This document shows positions 1 to 9,952 of a stretch of 64,000 nt of DNA, piece by piece. How positions within the stretch are numbered: the first letter of the stretch is position 1; every line of letters starts with the position of its first letter. The notes under the pieces are model-generated. The model was not told where the DNA came from. It saw only the letters and a program-made list of their open reading frames with translations, and made no database searches. Location of the stretch: contig JBHLMG010000007.1 in the NCBI GenBank assembly GCA_048938385.1, positions 38,947 through 102,946 on the forward strand. Direction: 5' to 3'. The position numbers were made by a program, and so were the translations under genes. Origin of the DNA: Promethearchaeota archaeon (GTDB taxonomy: Archaea; Asgardarchaeota; Hermodarchaeia; Hermodarchaeales; Hermodarchaeaceae).

Positions 1-1809
1 AAGACTCCTAACGGTGCCACTCACCTCAAATCGGATTTTACTAATTATAATGTGTCTTTTGTCGGACGACCCTTTCCACTCCAGGAGGCACCTACACATT
101 TTCAGCGTATTCGGCACTGGGGTTTCAACGCCCTACGATTCCTCATCACCTGGGAAGCCATTGAACATAGCGGTCCTCGATGTTACGACAAAGAATACTT
201 AGACTATATCGAGGAAATCCTCAAGGTAGCTGCGGAGCATGAGTTGTATATTTTCATTGATCCACACCAGGATTTATGGGGCCGGGCTTCAGGAGGGGAT
301 GGTGCACCTATTTGGACTTATGAAAAAGTGGGACTTGATGTCAGGCAATTCGATGCATCCGAAGCTGCGTTTGTAATGCAGCATCGCTACGATCCAACAA
401 ATGCTGATGCGTACCCTCCGATGTCTTGGCTTCAAAACTATGGGCGTTTCGCCACTTGTACTATGTTTACGCTCTTTTTTGGAGGCATTGATTTCGCACC
501 AGCTTCTAAGATAGAAGGCATCTCCACTCAGGACTATCTACAGAAACATTTCATCAATGCCATCAAACAAGTAGCAAAGCGTATCCATGACAATCCCTTT
601 GTAATTGGTTTTGAAACGATGAATGAGCCTAGCCCAGGGTGGATCGGTCAACGAGTGGACGGTGCCTCCAAACTAATATCACGTGAACTGTTCTATAGCA
701 TCAATCCTTTCGACGCCATGCTTCTTGCTGCAGGCTTTCCTCGTGAAATCCCATACAATCTCATAAAGCGATTTGCCATTAGGGAGATTCGTCGCGACCT
801 TCTAAATCCAGGTAGAATTAGCTGTTGGCTTGATGGGTTTGAGGATGTTTGGCGACAACATGGAGTGTGGGGTTTGAATGAGGTGGGAACACCTGTTATT
901 CTCCGGAACGATTATTTCCAAATCCAAAATGGAAAACAAGTAGATTTCTTAGAAGATTATCTATCACCTTTTGTCCAGCGTTTCGCGTCAATGATTCGTG
1001 AAATCTGTCCGCAGACCCTGATCGGAATCCAACTGCCAGCGGAGGGAGCGATGCACGGAGAAGCCTTTCTCTCTAACCCACCAGAAAATAGCGTAAATTC
1101 CTCACACTGGTATGATGAAATCACTGTTGGCCTCAAACGATTTCGTGGCTGGTTAAGTTATGATACTGTCAACAATAGACTAGTTCTTGGAAATACAAAT
1201 GTACAGAAGATGTTCATCCGGCAACTCGGAAAAATCAAAGCCATGTCCAAGGATATACCCACCATTGTTGGGGAATTCGGATTGTGTTTTGATCTCAATA
1301 ATCGGAAGGCCTTTCAAATTTTGAAGGATCGCCCTCGAAATGCTTGGAGAACACACATCCAAGCTCTTTCCATGTACTATAATGCAATGGACGCCAATCT
1401 ACTCCATTCTATGCTCTGGAACTACACTGCAGACAATGACAATACTTGGGGTGATCAGTGGAACCAAGAGGACTTCTCAATTTTCAGTCGTACTCAGCAA
1501 ATCAATCCGACAGACATCAACAGCGGAGGGCGAGCCATCGAAGGTTTTTGCCGTCCATATTTCATCGCAGTCGCTGGAACCCCTCTCCTTATGACCTTCT
1601 CAACGAAACGGAAGGTGTTTCGTTTCGAGTTCGATGCCAACCCAGGTATAGACGCTCCTACGATTCTCTACATTCCACAAATTCAATATCCTAATGGCTA
1701 TCGCGTTGCCGCTCCTGATCTCCTCCTAGAAGAAACATCTAACCCTCAGCTTCTTGCATTTCGTGTTCATGATACGGGAGCGAAACGAATTCTAATTACT
1801 CCTGTTTAA
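1..1809 (+). CDS. Glycoside hydrolase family 5, endoglycoceramidase/steryl-glucosidase-like; 5' partial
   Basis: Frame is open from base 1 (KTPNGATH...VSFVGRPFPL). Motifs RFLITWEAIEH, IDPHQD, catalytic NEP and GEFG, LWNY, WNQEDFS. Confidence 0.88.
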   Translation, partial: KTPNGATHLKSDFTNYNVSFVGRPFPLQEAPTHFQRIRHWGFNALRFLITWEAIEHSGPRCYDKEYLDYIEEILKVAAEHELYIFIDPHQDLWGRASGGDGAPIWTYEKVGLDVRQFDASEAAFVMQHRYDPTNADAYPPMSWLQNYGRFATCTMFTLFFGGIDFAPASKIEGISTQDYLQKHFINAIKQVAKRIHDNPFVIGFETMNEPSPGWIGQRVDGASKLISRELFYSINPFDAMLLAAGFPREIPYNLIKRFAIREIRRDLLNPGRISCWLDGFEDVWRQHGVWGLNEVGTPVILRNDYFQIQNGKQVDFLEDYLSPFVQRFASMIREICPQTLIGIQLPAEGAMHGEAFLSNPPENSVNSSHWYDEITVGLKRFRGWLSYDTVNNRLVLGNTNVQKMFIRQLGKIKAMSKDIPTIVGEFGLCFDLNNRKAFQILKDRPRNAWRTHIQALSMYYNAMDANLLHSMLWNYTADNDNTWGDQWNQEDFSIFSRTQQINPTDINSGGRAIEGFCRPYFIAVAGTPLLMTFSTKRKVFRFEFDANPGIDAPTILYIPQIQYPNGYRVAAPDLLLEETSNPQLLAFRVHDTGAKRILITPV

Positions 1810-1864
1810 GGAATAACACATAAGAGGAACATATCAATCTTCATCGGAAACAAGTGAATTTCCC

Positions 1865-2026
1865 ATGATGAAAGAAGACAAATGTCAACAATGTGAACAT
1901 ACCAATGACTTCAAAGGTTGTGCACTAAAACACATTACTACGGCCCGAAAGCTAATTTCCGAAGGGGATCTCAAAGGGGCCGAACATCAACTCGAATGCG
2001 TGGAACGACATCTAAAACAAATGTAA
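1865..2026 (+). CDS. Small Cys/His-containing protein, 53 aa (not in ORF track)
   Basis: Hand translation MMKEDKCQQCEHTNDFKGCALKHITTARKLISEGDLKGAEHQLECVERHLKQM; fills the gap between two convergent genes. Confidence 0.6.
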   Translation: MMKEDKCQQCEHTNDFKGCALKHITTARKLISEGDLKGAEHQLECVERHLKQM

Positions 2027-2035
2027 AACTATTCT

Positions 2036-3055
2036 CTAACCCCATTTAATGCAGGTTGCTGACCATGTATATCCGATGCCAGCTGCGGCCATACAAACCA
2101 AATTTCCGGGTTGAATTTTTCCGTGTTTCAGCCCCTCTTCAATGGACACAATAGCGTCATTTTGTCCCATATGGCCATATTCTTCAAAGTAGGTGGTTTG
2201 ATCCATTGTCAAGCCAAGTTCATCGATCACATAAGTGAAGGCGGAGCGTTTCATGTGGAGTAACGCAAGGTAATCGATGTCTTGAATCGAAAAGCCACTT
2301 CGATGGGTTGCATCATCTATGACTCGGATGAAGTTTTCCATCGATAATTTATCTAATCGCTCTTTCATGCCAGAGGGATCAGGCACATCCAAGTATTGCA
2401 ACCCTTGTTCAATGGCTTCACAAGTAATGGGCTGTTCGGTTCCTCCTGCGGGGCAATAAACATCATCAGCAAAGGAACCGTCAGTGATAATTGTGGTTTC
2501 AAGTACTCGGTTGTGGGGATATTCGCGTTGTAAAAGCGCGGCAACACCACTAGCAGCAAGGCTGAACATGAATCGGCTCCGATCATTTTTGTAGTTAATC
2601 AGGTCGCAATTTTGATATCCACTTGCCAATAGAATAGTTTGAACATCCGGTTCTGCCGCCATGAGGGCTTTGGCAAGGCGAAATCCACCCATTAATGTGG
2701 CACACCGTGCACTCAGATCCAACGCCCAGGCGTTAGTCGCTCCAATGTTGTATGAGAGTTTGACACCTGCTACCTGCATGGGGCGTTCAATGAATGTTTC
2801 ACCTGTCCAAAGAACTACATCAATATCATCCGCTGTGATACTTGGGGCCTTTTTGAGGGCGGTTTGAGCGGCACGACTACCCATTGTAATAGGGCCATCT
2901 TCTGGTCCACCTACGGTTTTACTTGTCAATCCGAACTTTGTAATGAGAATGTCCTCGGGGATGTTAGTTTCCTTCGAAATATGGGCGGCTGTATGACGAT
3001 GTTCAGGAAGATATACTCCGGTGCTCACCAGTCCCACTGACACTTGTTTCTCCAT
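2036..3055 (-). CDS. 3-oxoacyl-ACP synthase III (FabH-like) family protein
   Basis: GVYLPE N-terminus, catalytic Cys in DLSARCA, LLHMK, YGHMG (His in place of the usual Asn), AAAGIGYTW. Confidence 0.88.
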   Translation of the reverse strand: MEKQVSVGLVSTGVYLPEHRHTAAHISKETNIPEDILITKFGLTSKTVGGPEDGPITMGSRAAQTALKKAPSITADDIDVVLWTGETFIERPMQVAGVKLSYNIGATNAWALDLSARCATLMGGFRLAKALMAAEPDVQTILLASGYQNCDLINYKNDRSRFMFSLAASGVAALLQREYPHNRVLETTIITDGSFADDVYCPAGGTEQPITCEAIEQGLQYLDVPDPSGMKERLDKLSMENFIRVIDDATHRSGFSIQDIDYLALLHMKRSAFTYVIDELGLTMDQTTYFEEYGHMGQNDAIVSIEEGLKHGKIQPGNLVCMAAAGIGYTWSATCIKWG

Positions 3056-3137
3056 GCGTTTTCACCTTTGAATCGGAGTCAGGCTGTGTGCTTAGGGCGT
3101 CATGGTGCCTTAAAAAAATGCTTGGCTTTTCAGGAGG

Positions 3138-4508
3138 TTAGTTAGCTGAGATATTTTCGATGCGTTCACGCGTTTCCCTAGCATTGGTCTTTATGTCTTT
3201 ACGAATATTGTACAGGATTGGAATAATCGCTAGGGCGGCGATGAAAAAGAAGATGCAGATAATCGCTAAGGCTGGTGAGTAAAACCCGCCAAAGTAGGTG
3301 GCTGCTATTGATGCGGGGAGTTGGGTCCCTAAAGCCACGCCAATGACATGTGCAAGGAGGTGCAAAGAGAGAGCAGTACTTCGGATTTCTGGGGTATTAA
3401 TGTCCCCGGCACTGACATAAATGAGGGGGGAGAGTCCGGCATCAAAAAAGGTGCCCGTGAAAAGGAGGATAAAGAATGTAAGGGTTATGGGATTGAGGAA
3501 TAGATCTATAATGGTAAAGCCAGAAGCCCAAAAGGGGTAGAAGCACGCTATGAGAAGAATGGGTCCAGCAGCTAAAGTGCACAATAGGATTAAATCGATG
3601 CGACCGCGTTTATTTTTCCGAAACAGGCGGTCACCCCATCGACCAAAGATTGCAGTACCAGCGATTTGGCTCATTAAGGCTAAGGTCATGAAGATTGTCG
3701 CAACAAAAATATCGAGTCCGTGGTCAATATTCAGCCAGCGAACAGCCCAGGTGCCAAAAGCCGCAACGGGTATGATGGCAATGATGCCGACAACGATTAG
3801 CCAGATGTTTGATGGTTTGCGCCACATCCTGTGGAGGTCTTTCAGGCTTAATTTGTAAGTGTAAACATGACCTGCTTCATGGAGGTCTGCAAGACATTCT
3901 TCATGTTGTCCTCGGGGAGGTTCTCGAGTTAGGAAAAGGAGGAGTCCTGAGGCAAACCCGACGATTACGATGAGGAGAAATGGCATCTGCCAGCCCCAGG
4001 TTTCTACAAGAAGTCCGCTTACCATTACACCAAATCCATATCCTGCTCCGGCTGCAGTGCTTAGTAACCCAATTGTGGTGGAACGAAAGCTAGCTGGAAC
4101 GCAGTCAATAGTCATTGACAAAGCAAGGGGAGCCGTAGCTCCAATGCCGACAGCTGCGAGACTATAGAATAAAAATAGCGTCCAGTAGTTGATGTAAGGA
4201 AGGAGAATGGGAATCAGCCAAAAAATCCAGAAGAAGGTGCTGATTATGAGGAGCCTTCGACGGGTGGTTCGATCAGCCATATATGCCCAGGGTATAGCTG
4301 TAAAACCCGAGATGAGGAGGAAGATGGTGACTATGAACGCGATCCAATCATCGGAGGGGACACCAAGTATTGGAACAACGATGCCTGACATCGGTGGCAA
4401 TATTGCACTTGCAGCGGCAATGGTGAGTGAAAGGAGGAAGAGAATGCCATATGTTAAGCGGTCCTGGCGTTTCCATTGATCCGCTGGTTGCTTCTGCTCC
4501 GCTGTCAT
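3138..4508 (-). CDS. MFS transporter
   Basis: About 12 hydrophobic segments; motif-A-like ADRTTRR and GRWGDRLFRK. Confidence 0.88.
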   Translation of the reverse strand: MTAEQKQPADQWKRQDRLTYGILFLLSLTIAAASAILPPMSGIVVPILGVPSDDWIAFIVTIFLLISGFTAIPWAYMADRTTRRRLLIISTFFWIFWLIPILLPYINYWTLFLFYSLAAVGIGATAPLALSMTIDCVPASFRSTTIGLLSTAAGAGYGFGVMVSGLLVETWGWQMPFLLIVIVGFASGLLLFLTREPPRGQHEECLADLHEAGHVYTYKLSLKDLHRMWRKPSNIWLIVVGIIAIIPVAAFGTWAVRWLNIDHGLDIFVATIFMTLALMSQIAGTAIFGRWGDRLFRKNKRGRIDLILLCTLAAGPILLIACFYPFWASGFTIIDLFLNPITLTFFILLFTGTFFDAGLSPLIYVSAGDINTPEIRSTALSLHLLAHVIGVALGTQLPASIAATYFGGFYSPALAIICIFFFIAALAIIPILYNIRKDIKTNARETRERIENISAN

Positions 4509-4671
4509 TCATAGTCACACCGAAAGTGCGCATGCCAACCTCTAAGGGCGATTAATAGTTTTCCAACCAACGGGAAACCGTTGAGTATAATTGAGGGGAA
4601 TGAGTGATGTGAAAAGGTCTTAAGGTGAATCAAAACTCACAATGTTGCATCCATCTAAAGAGGTATGAAGT

Positions 4672-5883
4672 ATGAACCATAAAACCACTACACTGATCAT
4701 GGCAGGAACAGCCCATGGTTTGGTTCACTTACTCATGCTTTCTTTACCCTATATCACTGTGAAGCTCCTACAAGTAACACCCGTTCTTCCTGGACAAGAG
4801 GCGTTAATTGTCATTCTTCTTAATACTCCTTCCTACTTTGTCTTTGGATTGGGTGCAATTCCTGCTGGAGTGCTCTGTGACCGAATTGGTCCCACAAAAA
4901 CGATAGCCATCGGGCTTTTCTTAGCTGTATGCTCTGGTATCGGGTTGTTCTTCCTGTGGCCGCTAGGTATAGGGACGATTGCGCTATTTTTTATTCTATA
5001 CAGTTTTGGAGCTGGTTTGTATCATCCCGCGGGCACAACCTGGGTATCAAATACTTTCCAAGAAAATCGGGGTAAGGCACTAGGGCGCCATGGAATTGGT
5101 GGAAGCATTGGACAAGCCTCTGCACCTATTCTTTCTGCGCTCATTCTCAGCACAATCTTTTGGTCAGCTATCTTTCTTGTTCTAGCCCTTATCGGCTGCA
5201 TTGTAGCATTCGTCATTCTGCGTATCCGTCTCACGCCTACAGAGGTTCAGGAGTCACTTCATTCTGACAAGAAACCTAGCACGACTTTCTTTGCTGCGAT
5301 GACACCGCTAGTCTTCGTTGTAATGTCGTTGGTTCTTATTACTCGTGGAATGTTGTATCGTGGAACGGTTACTGCGCTTCCCACTTACATCACAATCGAA
5401 CTGCAAGCGCTCCTCGTCTTAGCCGGGTTGTTTGGAACACTTGTCTACATTGGTGGTGCTGTTGGCCAAGAAGTAGGTGGGCGCCTTACTGACAGGATTG
5501 GCTGGCAATTTACGCTGTTCATCATGTGTGTCCTCTCGGTGTTCTCCCTTCTTCTGCTCTCGATGCCCTATTCTCCAAATCTTTTGTCTGATTTACTGTT
5601 GATCATCTCTGTACTGCTATTCGGGTTTTCGTTCTTTTCAGCGCAAGCGGCGACGAACACTATGGTTGCCGATCTCTCTACATCTTCTAACCGTGGTTCG
5701 GTGTTTGGTTGGAGTTTCTTTGCCCGCTTCGGAATGGGCGCTTTTGGAATTACCATTGCGGGAATGATGCAGTTCCTATACGGCACTTGGGCTATGGGAT
5801 TTCTCATGATGGCGATCTTAGGATTATTAGCTGCCCTATTCGTACCTCTAGTTCGTAGTCGATATGAAAAAGTAGATACTTGA
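4672..5883 (+). CDS. MFS transporter
   Basis: About 12 TM segments; GVLCDRIG, GLYHPAG, GGRLTDRIG. Confidence 0.9.
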   Translation: MNHKTTTLIMAGTAHGLVHLLMLSLPYITVKLLQVTPVLPGQEALIVILLNTPSYFVFGLGAIPAGVLCDRIGPTKTIAIGLFLAVCSGIGLFFLWPLGIGTIALFFILYSFGAGLYHPAGTTWVSNTFQENRGKALGRHGIGGSIGQASAPILSALILSTIFWSAIFLVLALIGCIVAFVILRIRLTPTEVQESLHSDKKPSTTFFAAMTPLVFVVMSLVLITRGMLYRGTVTALPTYITIELQALLVLAGLFGTLVYIGGAVGQEVGGRLTDRIGWQFTLFIMCVLSVFSLLLLSMPYSPNLLSDLLLIISVLLFGFSFFSAQAATNTMVADLSTSSNRGSVFGWSFFARFGMGAFGITIAGMMQFLYGTWAMGFLMMAILGLLAALFVPLVRSRYEKVDT

Positions 5884-5911
5884 AAATTCCCACTTCAGAA
5901 ATCTTTTAGTC

Positions 5912-6757
5912 TTGAATTTCTTGAATGACCATAGGAGATTGCACATGGCTGAGACGAAAATGGGTAATGGCCGCCCAATTGTTGCACGACAACTTGTCCG
6001 ACGATTTGGAGACACAATCGCAGTTGATCAGCTCTCCTTCGAAGTTCGGGCTGGTGAAATCTATGGGCTCCTCGGTCCAAACGGAGCGGGTAAAACCACA
6101 ACTGTCAAAATGGTGAGTGGCTTGCTTCCGCCCAACGATGGACAAGTCGAAGTCTTTGGCTATGATCCAATGACAGATCCTATCGCTGTTAAAAAGCGCA
6201 TTGGATTGGTACCTGAAGATCATATCCTTTATGAGTCCTTAACTCCCCGGGAATTCTTCAACTTCATCGCATCTATACGGCGATTAGATTCGGTAGAGGT
6301 TGAAACCCGAGTGATTGCTCTCATTAGCGCCTTTGAATTCAAAGAATACTACGATCGCCCGATCGTCACGCTGAGCCATGGGAATCGACAAAAAGCGAGT
6401 ATCATTGCGGCTCTCATTCACGATCCTCCTTTACTCGTTTTGGATGAACCATTTAGCGGGCTTGATGCGCGTACTGTGCGTGTTTTCAAAGACATCTTGG
6501 ATATCCATTTGAAAAATGGTGGCGGCATTCTCTTTAGTAGTCATATCCTCGAAGTGGCTGAAAGCCTCTGCGACCGAATCGGGATTATTGACGATGGACG
6601 GTTGGTGGCTGAAGGAACAGTCGATGAACTCCGAGAATTAGTTAAATCGCATGGTTCACTTGAAGAAATCTTTCTTCGGGCAGTCCAGCAAGAAGCTGAG
6701 GTTGCGGAAACCATTCGCGCTCTCCGCTTAGCTCTTTCAAAGAAAAATAATGGTTAA
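5912..6757 (+). CDS. ABC transporter ATP-binding protein (true start probably about 5945)
   Basis: Walker A GPNGAGKTT, signature LSHGNRQK, Walker B LVLDEP, SSH. Confidence 0.95.
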   Translation: MNFLNDHRRLHMAETKMGNGRPIVARQLVRRFGDTIAVDQLSFEVRAGEIYGLLGPNGAGKTTTVKMVSGLLPPNDGQVEVFGYDPMTDPIAVKKRIGLVPEDHILYESLTPREFFNFIASIRRLDSVEVETRVIALISAFEFKEYYDRPIVTLSHGNRQKASIIAALIHDPPLLVLDEPFSGLDARTVRVFKDILDIHLKNGGGILFSSHILEVAESLCDRIGIIDDGRLVAEGTVDELRELVKSHGSLEEIFLRAVQQEAEVAETIRALRLALSKKNNG

Positions 6758-8474
6758 CTTTGTTGGTGGTTCCATAACTTTGTCAACAACCCCTGAAGGC
6801 GCTGGTAACCTCAGTTGGCGTGAAGCCTGGAGAATTGCAGGGCAAATGGCTCGTGAAATTCAGTTTCGCTCTGCCATTTCCATGAGCCAGGGTGCTGCCT
6901 TACAAAATATGGAACAGGTCATTGAACGAGCTCGCAAACAATCCCGATATAATAAATTCTCAGTAAGCATCTTCATTGGGTTACTCGCGGTAACATTAGG
7001 AATAATCGTTTGGGGCACCTTGAGTGGAGAGTTTGGAACTCCCCTTGAACATCGATGGATCACAATAGCCTTCACAATATCTTTGTTCAGCTTCTTCGCG
7101 TTTGGATTTCTAGTTGTCTGGGGGATGATGGTTTCAACCTCGTTCATTTCAACCAATGCAGCGGCGCTGGGTCATTATTTACCCGTGTCTCATTCTGATA
7201 CTGGAAAACTTGCACTTCTTGCCTATATTCGGCTCTTTGATGTGCAAATGTTCACGATTATCATTAGCTTTCCTCTCGCATATGGTATTGCCACGATGTC
7301 CATTTTAGGAGCTCTTGCCTGTCTCGGTGCGTTCCTTATCAATGTCGGCTTGGCAATTGCAGTGATGCTCATCCTTGCCCTCTATTTTCATACTCGGTTA
7401 CAATCGGGTGGGGGATCCCGATTCAGTTCGATCATCCGTTTGGTGTTCACTCTCCTTTGGGCTGTTGCCTTCATGAGTCTAACCTTAATTTCGCAGCTTC
7501 TCTACATCATAGTTCCTTTAGTTGAAAGTGTAGCCATTGGTCTGAGTGCCTACTGGGGAGTCCTTTATTTTGGTTATCCCTTTTCCTTGGGCACTTTTGT
7601 TGTTTTGGCAACTGGTGTGTTGGGTACACCTTCCCTGTTTCTAGGTTATGCTGCTACTCTCGTCTATGGGCTGTTAGCGGTTCTAGGGGTCCGTTGGGCT
7701 AGTCGGTTCCTCCAAAATATTGGTATCGGTGGGATGGCTCAGGTAGGACCTAGCCAAATCCGACCTGCTGGGGTCAAGATAAGTCAAATCAGTATAGCCC
7801 TCCTTCGGAAAGACTTACGTATCGCTACGCGAACACCGGGTCAAGCTATCCTGTTCTTTCTTCCCGTTATCTCCATGGTGCCCATTTTTCTCCAATTCAT
7901 CTGGGATACATCGGTGATCCGGGTATCTGATGTCATTATATCAGTTGCTATCCCTAGTATGATGCTGGGCTTCTTTTCCATCTTCTTTCTGGGTGTTGAA
8001 GCTCGAGGAATGGCATATACCATGACGCTGCCGTTGAAAACCGAGCAGATTCTCCGCTCGAAAGCCCAACTCATCACTTGCATGTCCGTTGCCATTCCAA
8101 TCGTTGTGCTGGTTGTCTCATATATTAGGTCGTTTACTAATCTCGTTTCCCATGCCATTGCCGTGTCGCAGATTGCGGTAGTCTATGTTTCAGCTTTCTT
8201 ATCACTAGTCATCTTTACGCGGGTCGTCGGTGGTGGTAGGTTAATTGGCTTTGATGTTGGTCAACACATCACTCAGATGCTACTTGTTGGTCTTCTCAGT
8301 GCTATTGTGTCTTTTATTCCCCTCGTCTTTTTCGGTGTCGTGTGGTTTGGAGTATCGCTAACAACTGGCTCCCTCAATCTCGCTCATTGGTCTGGGCTAG
8401 CAGGGTTGTGGCTCGGCATCCTTCTCAACTATGTATTTGGTCGAATCTTAGCAAAGCGCTTACTGGTTGACTGA
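6750..8474 (+). CDS. Putative ABC exporter permease
   Basis: Multi-TM protein overlapping the ATPase stop; LLRKDLRIATR and TLPL...LRSK motifs. Confidence 0.75.
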   Translation: MVNFVGGSITLSTTPEGAGNLSWREAWRIAGQMAREIQFRSAISMSQGAALQNMEQVIERARKQSRYNKFSVSIFIGLLAVTLGIIVWGTLSGEFGTPLEHRWITIAFTISLFSFFAFGFLVVWGMMVSTSFISTNAAALGHYLPVSHSDTGKLALLAYIRLFDVQMFTIIISFPLAYGIATMSILGALACLGAFLINVGLAIAVMLILALYFHTRLQSGGGSRFSSIIRLVFTLLWAVAFMSLTLISQLLYIIVPLVESVAIGLSAYWGVLYFGYPFSLGTFVVLATGVLGTPSLFLGYAATLVYGLLAVLGVRWASRFLQNIGIGGMAQVGPSQIRPAGVKISQISIALLRKDLRIATRTPGQAILFFLPVISMVPIFLQFIWDTSVIRVSDVIISVAIPSMMLGFFSIFFLGVEARGMAYTMTLPLKTEQILRSKAQLITCMSVAIPIVVLVVSYIRSFTNLVSHAIAVSQIAVVYVSAFLSLVIFTRVVGGGRLIGFDVGQHITQMLLVGLLSAIVSFIPLVFFGVVWFGVSLTTGSLNLAHWSGLAGLWLGILLNYVFGRILAKRLLVD

Positions 8475-8555
8475 ACCGTTAAGCTCTCGTGCGTGAATTG
8501 TCATCTGTGTCTTTTTTCACACTTTCAGGATCCTGTTTGGCTCAGGGAGCAAGTT

Positions 8556-9176
8556 TTAGTCGCACAATTTCTGGGCGACCAAGATCAATTGGTCCATGGT
8601 TCGATAAAGGGCTTTCAAACCGCGCTTATCCATTTCAGCCCCCTTGGCTCCCTTATCCTTGGACCAAAAGGATGCGCCTAGGTTTGCTCCAAACGCACCT
8701 CCACCTACTGAGAAGATGTGGTTGATGATGTAAAAGTCATGAATGGTACGGAGAGTGGGCTCCTGTCCCCCACTCCGATCGCCACCCACAGCAATGCCTG
8801 CGCCAACCTTGTTATCGAAGATGTGAATATTTTGGACAAGAATGGCTCGTGTGCGATCGAAAAGCGTTTTGAGCTGTCCACTGATGTTTCCCTGGTAAAC
8901 TGGGCTGCCGATGATGTAGGCATCAGCCCATTGTAGCAACTGATAGACTTCCAGCATGTCGTCTTGAAAGACGCATCCTTTTTTTTGCTGAACGCAGAAA
9001 TCACAGTGGGTGCAGAATTGTATTTTCTTCTTCGCCACGCTAAAGTATTCAGTTTCTACATCGTATTTTTCTTCTGCGTAGCGTAATGCTTCCCTGATGG
9101 CGTAGTCGGTTGCAGCGGCACGTGGGCTCCCAGAAATTCCTAGGAGTCGAATTGCCCTTTTACCCATCTCGGTCAC
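8556..9176 (-). CDS. Iron-sulfur flavoprotein (Isf) / NADPH-dependent FMN reductase family
   Basis: GISGSPR, CTHCDFC-x5-C, DDM, GSPVY, GGQE. Confidence 0.92.
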   Translation of the reverse strand: MTEMGKRAIRLLGISGSPRAAATDYAIREALRYAEEKYDVETEYFSVAKKKIQFCTHCDFCVQQKKGCVFQDDMLEVYQLLQWADAYIIGSPVYQGNISGQLKTLFDRTRAILVQNIHIFDNKVGAGIAVGGDRSGGQEPTLRTIHDFYIINHIFSVGGGAFGANLGASFWSKDKGAKGAEMDKRGLKALYRTMDQLILVAQKLCD

Positions 9177-9267
9177 CGGTTAATTGAATGGAGGTCGGAG
9201 ATTATGAAGCTTGTGAAACTGCAAAGCTACTTAGGACTCGACCTAGAGATAGGATTATCAAACCCCC

Positions 9268-9855
9268 ATGGCGCATAATAAAGACAAAGTGGTGGCTTTT
9301 ACCATGGTCCTTAAAGTTGCTTGGGCAATCACTGGTGCGGGGGATTACCTTGCTGATTCTTTTGCGGTCATGAAGCAGGCCACGGAGCAATATGACCTCA
9401 AACTCATGGTGTTTCTTTCAAAAGCTGGACTTCAAGTTGTAAAGATGTATAACCTCGTAAAGGAACTCGAAGTGTTGGATCCCAAATACCATGTGGAAAA
9501 AGATGCCAATACGCCTTTCCTCGTAGCTCCTCTCCAACGGCGAAAATATCACCTCGTCGTCGCGATGCCATTAACCGCTAATTCCACTGCAAAGATCGCC
9601 CATGGCATCGCTGATACTCTTGTAACCAACGCCATCGCTCAAGCTCAAAAAACAGGCGTACCTATCTATGTCTATCCTGTGGATCAGAAACCTGGCCGCG
9701 TAACCACTGTCCTTCCTTCTGGTGAAAAACTTACTCTAACCAGCCGACAAATCGACTTAGATAATGTCGCAAAACTACGCGCGATGGATGGGTTCTTTGT
9801 GCTTGAAAACCCAAAGGAAATCCTAGCCATCTTAGAGTCTTTCCCCCAAGAGTAG
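9268..9855 (+). CDS. afpA: Archaeoflavoprotein AfpA / dihydromethanopterin reductase-like flavoprotein (start probably 9304)
   Basis: KVAWAITGAG, PLTANSTAKIAHGIADTLVTNA, PVDQ; no ferredoxin Cys motifs. Confidence 0.8.
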   Translation: MAHNKDKVVAFTMVLKVAWAITGAGDYLADSFAVMKQATEQYDLKLMVFLSKAGLQVVKMYNLVKELEVLDPKYHVEKDANTPFLVAPLQRRKYHLVVAMPLTANSTAKIAHGIADTLVTNAIAQAQKTGVPIYVYPVDQKPGRVTTVLPSGEKLTLTSRQIDLDNVAKLRAMDGFFVLENPKEILAILESFPQE

Positions 9856-9952
9856 ATGGAAGCGAAGAGAAACGCTTAAATTCGTGCAAGGGGGAACGCC
9901 TCTTATCTGCAAGATATTTTACCATTATAAACTAATCGAGGGGTAATAAGTA

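Noticed and set aside
1865-2026. c-type cytochrome
   Set aside because: The motif is CQQCEH, not CxxCH, and there is no signal peptide.
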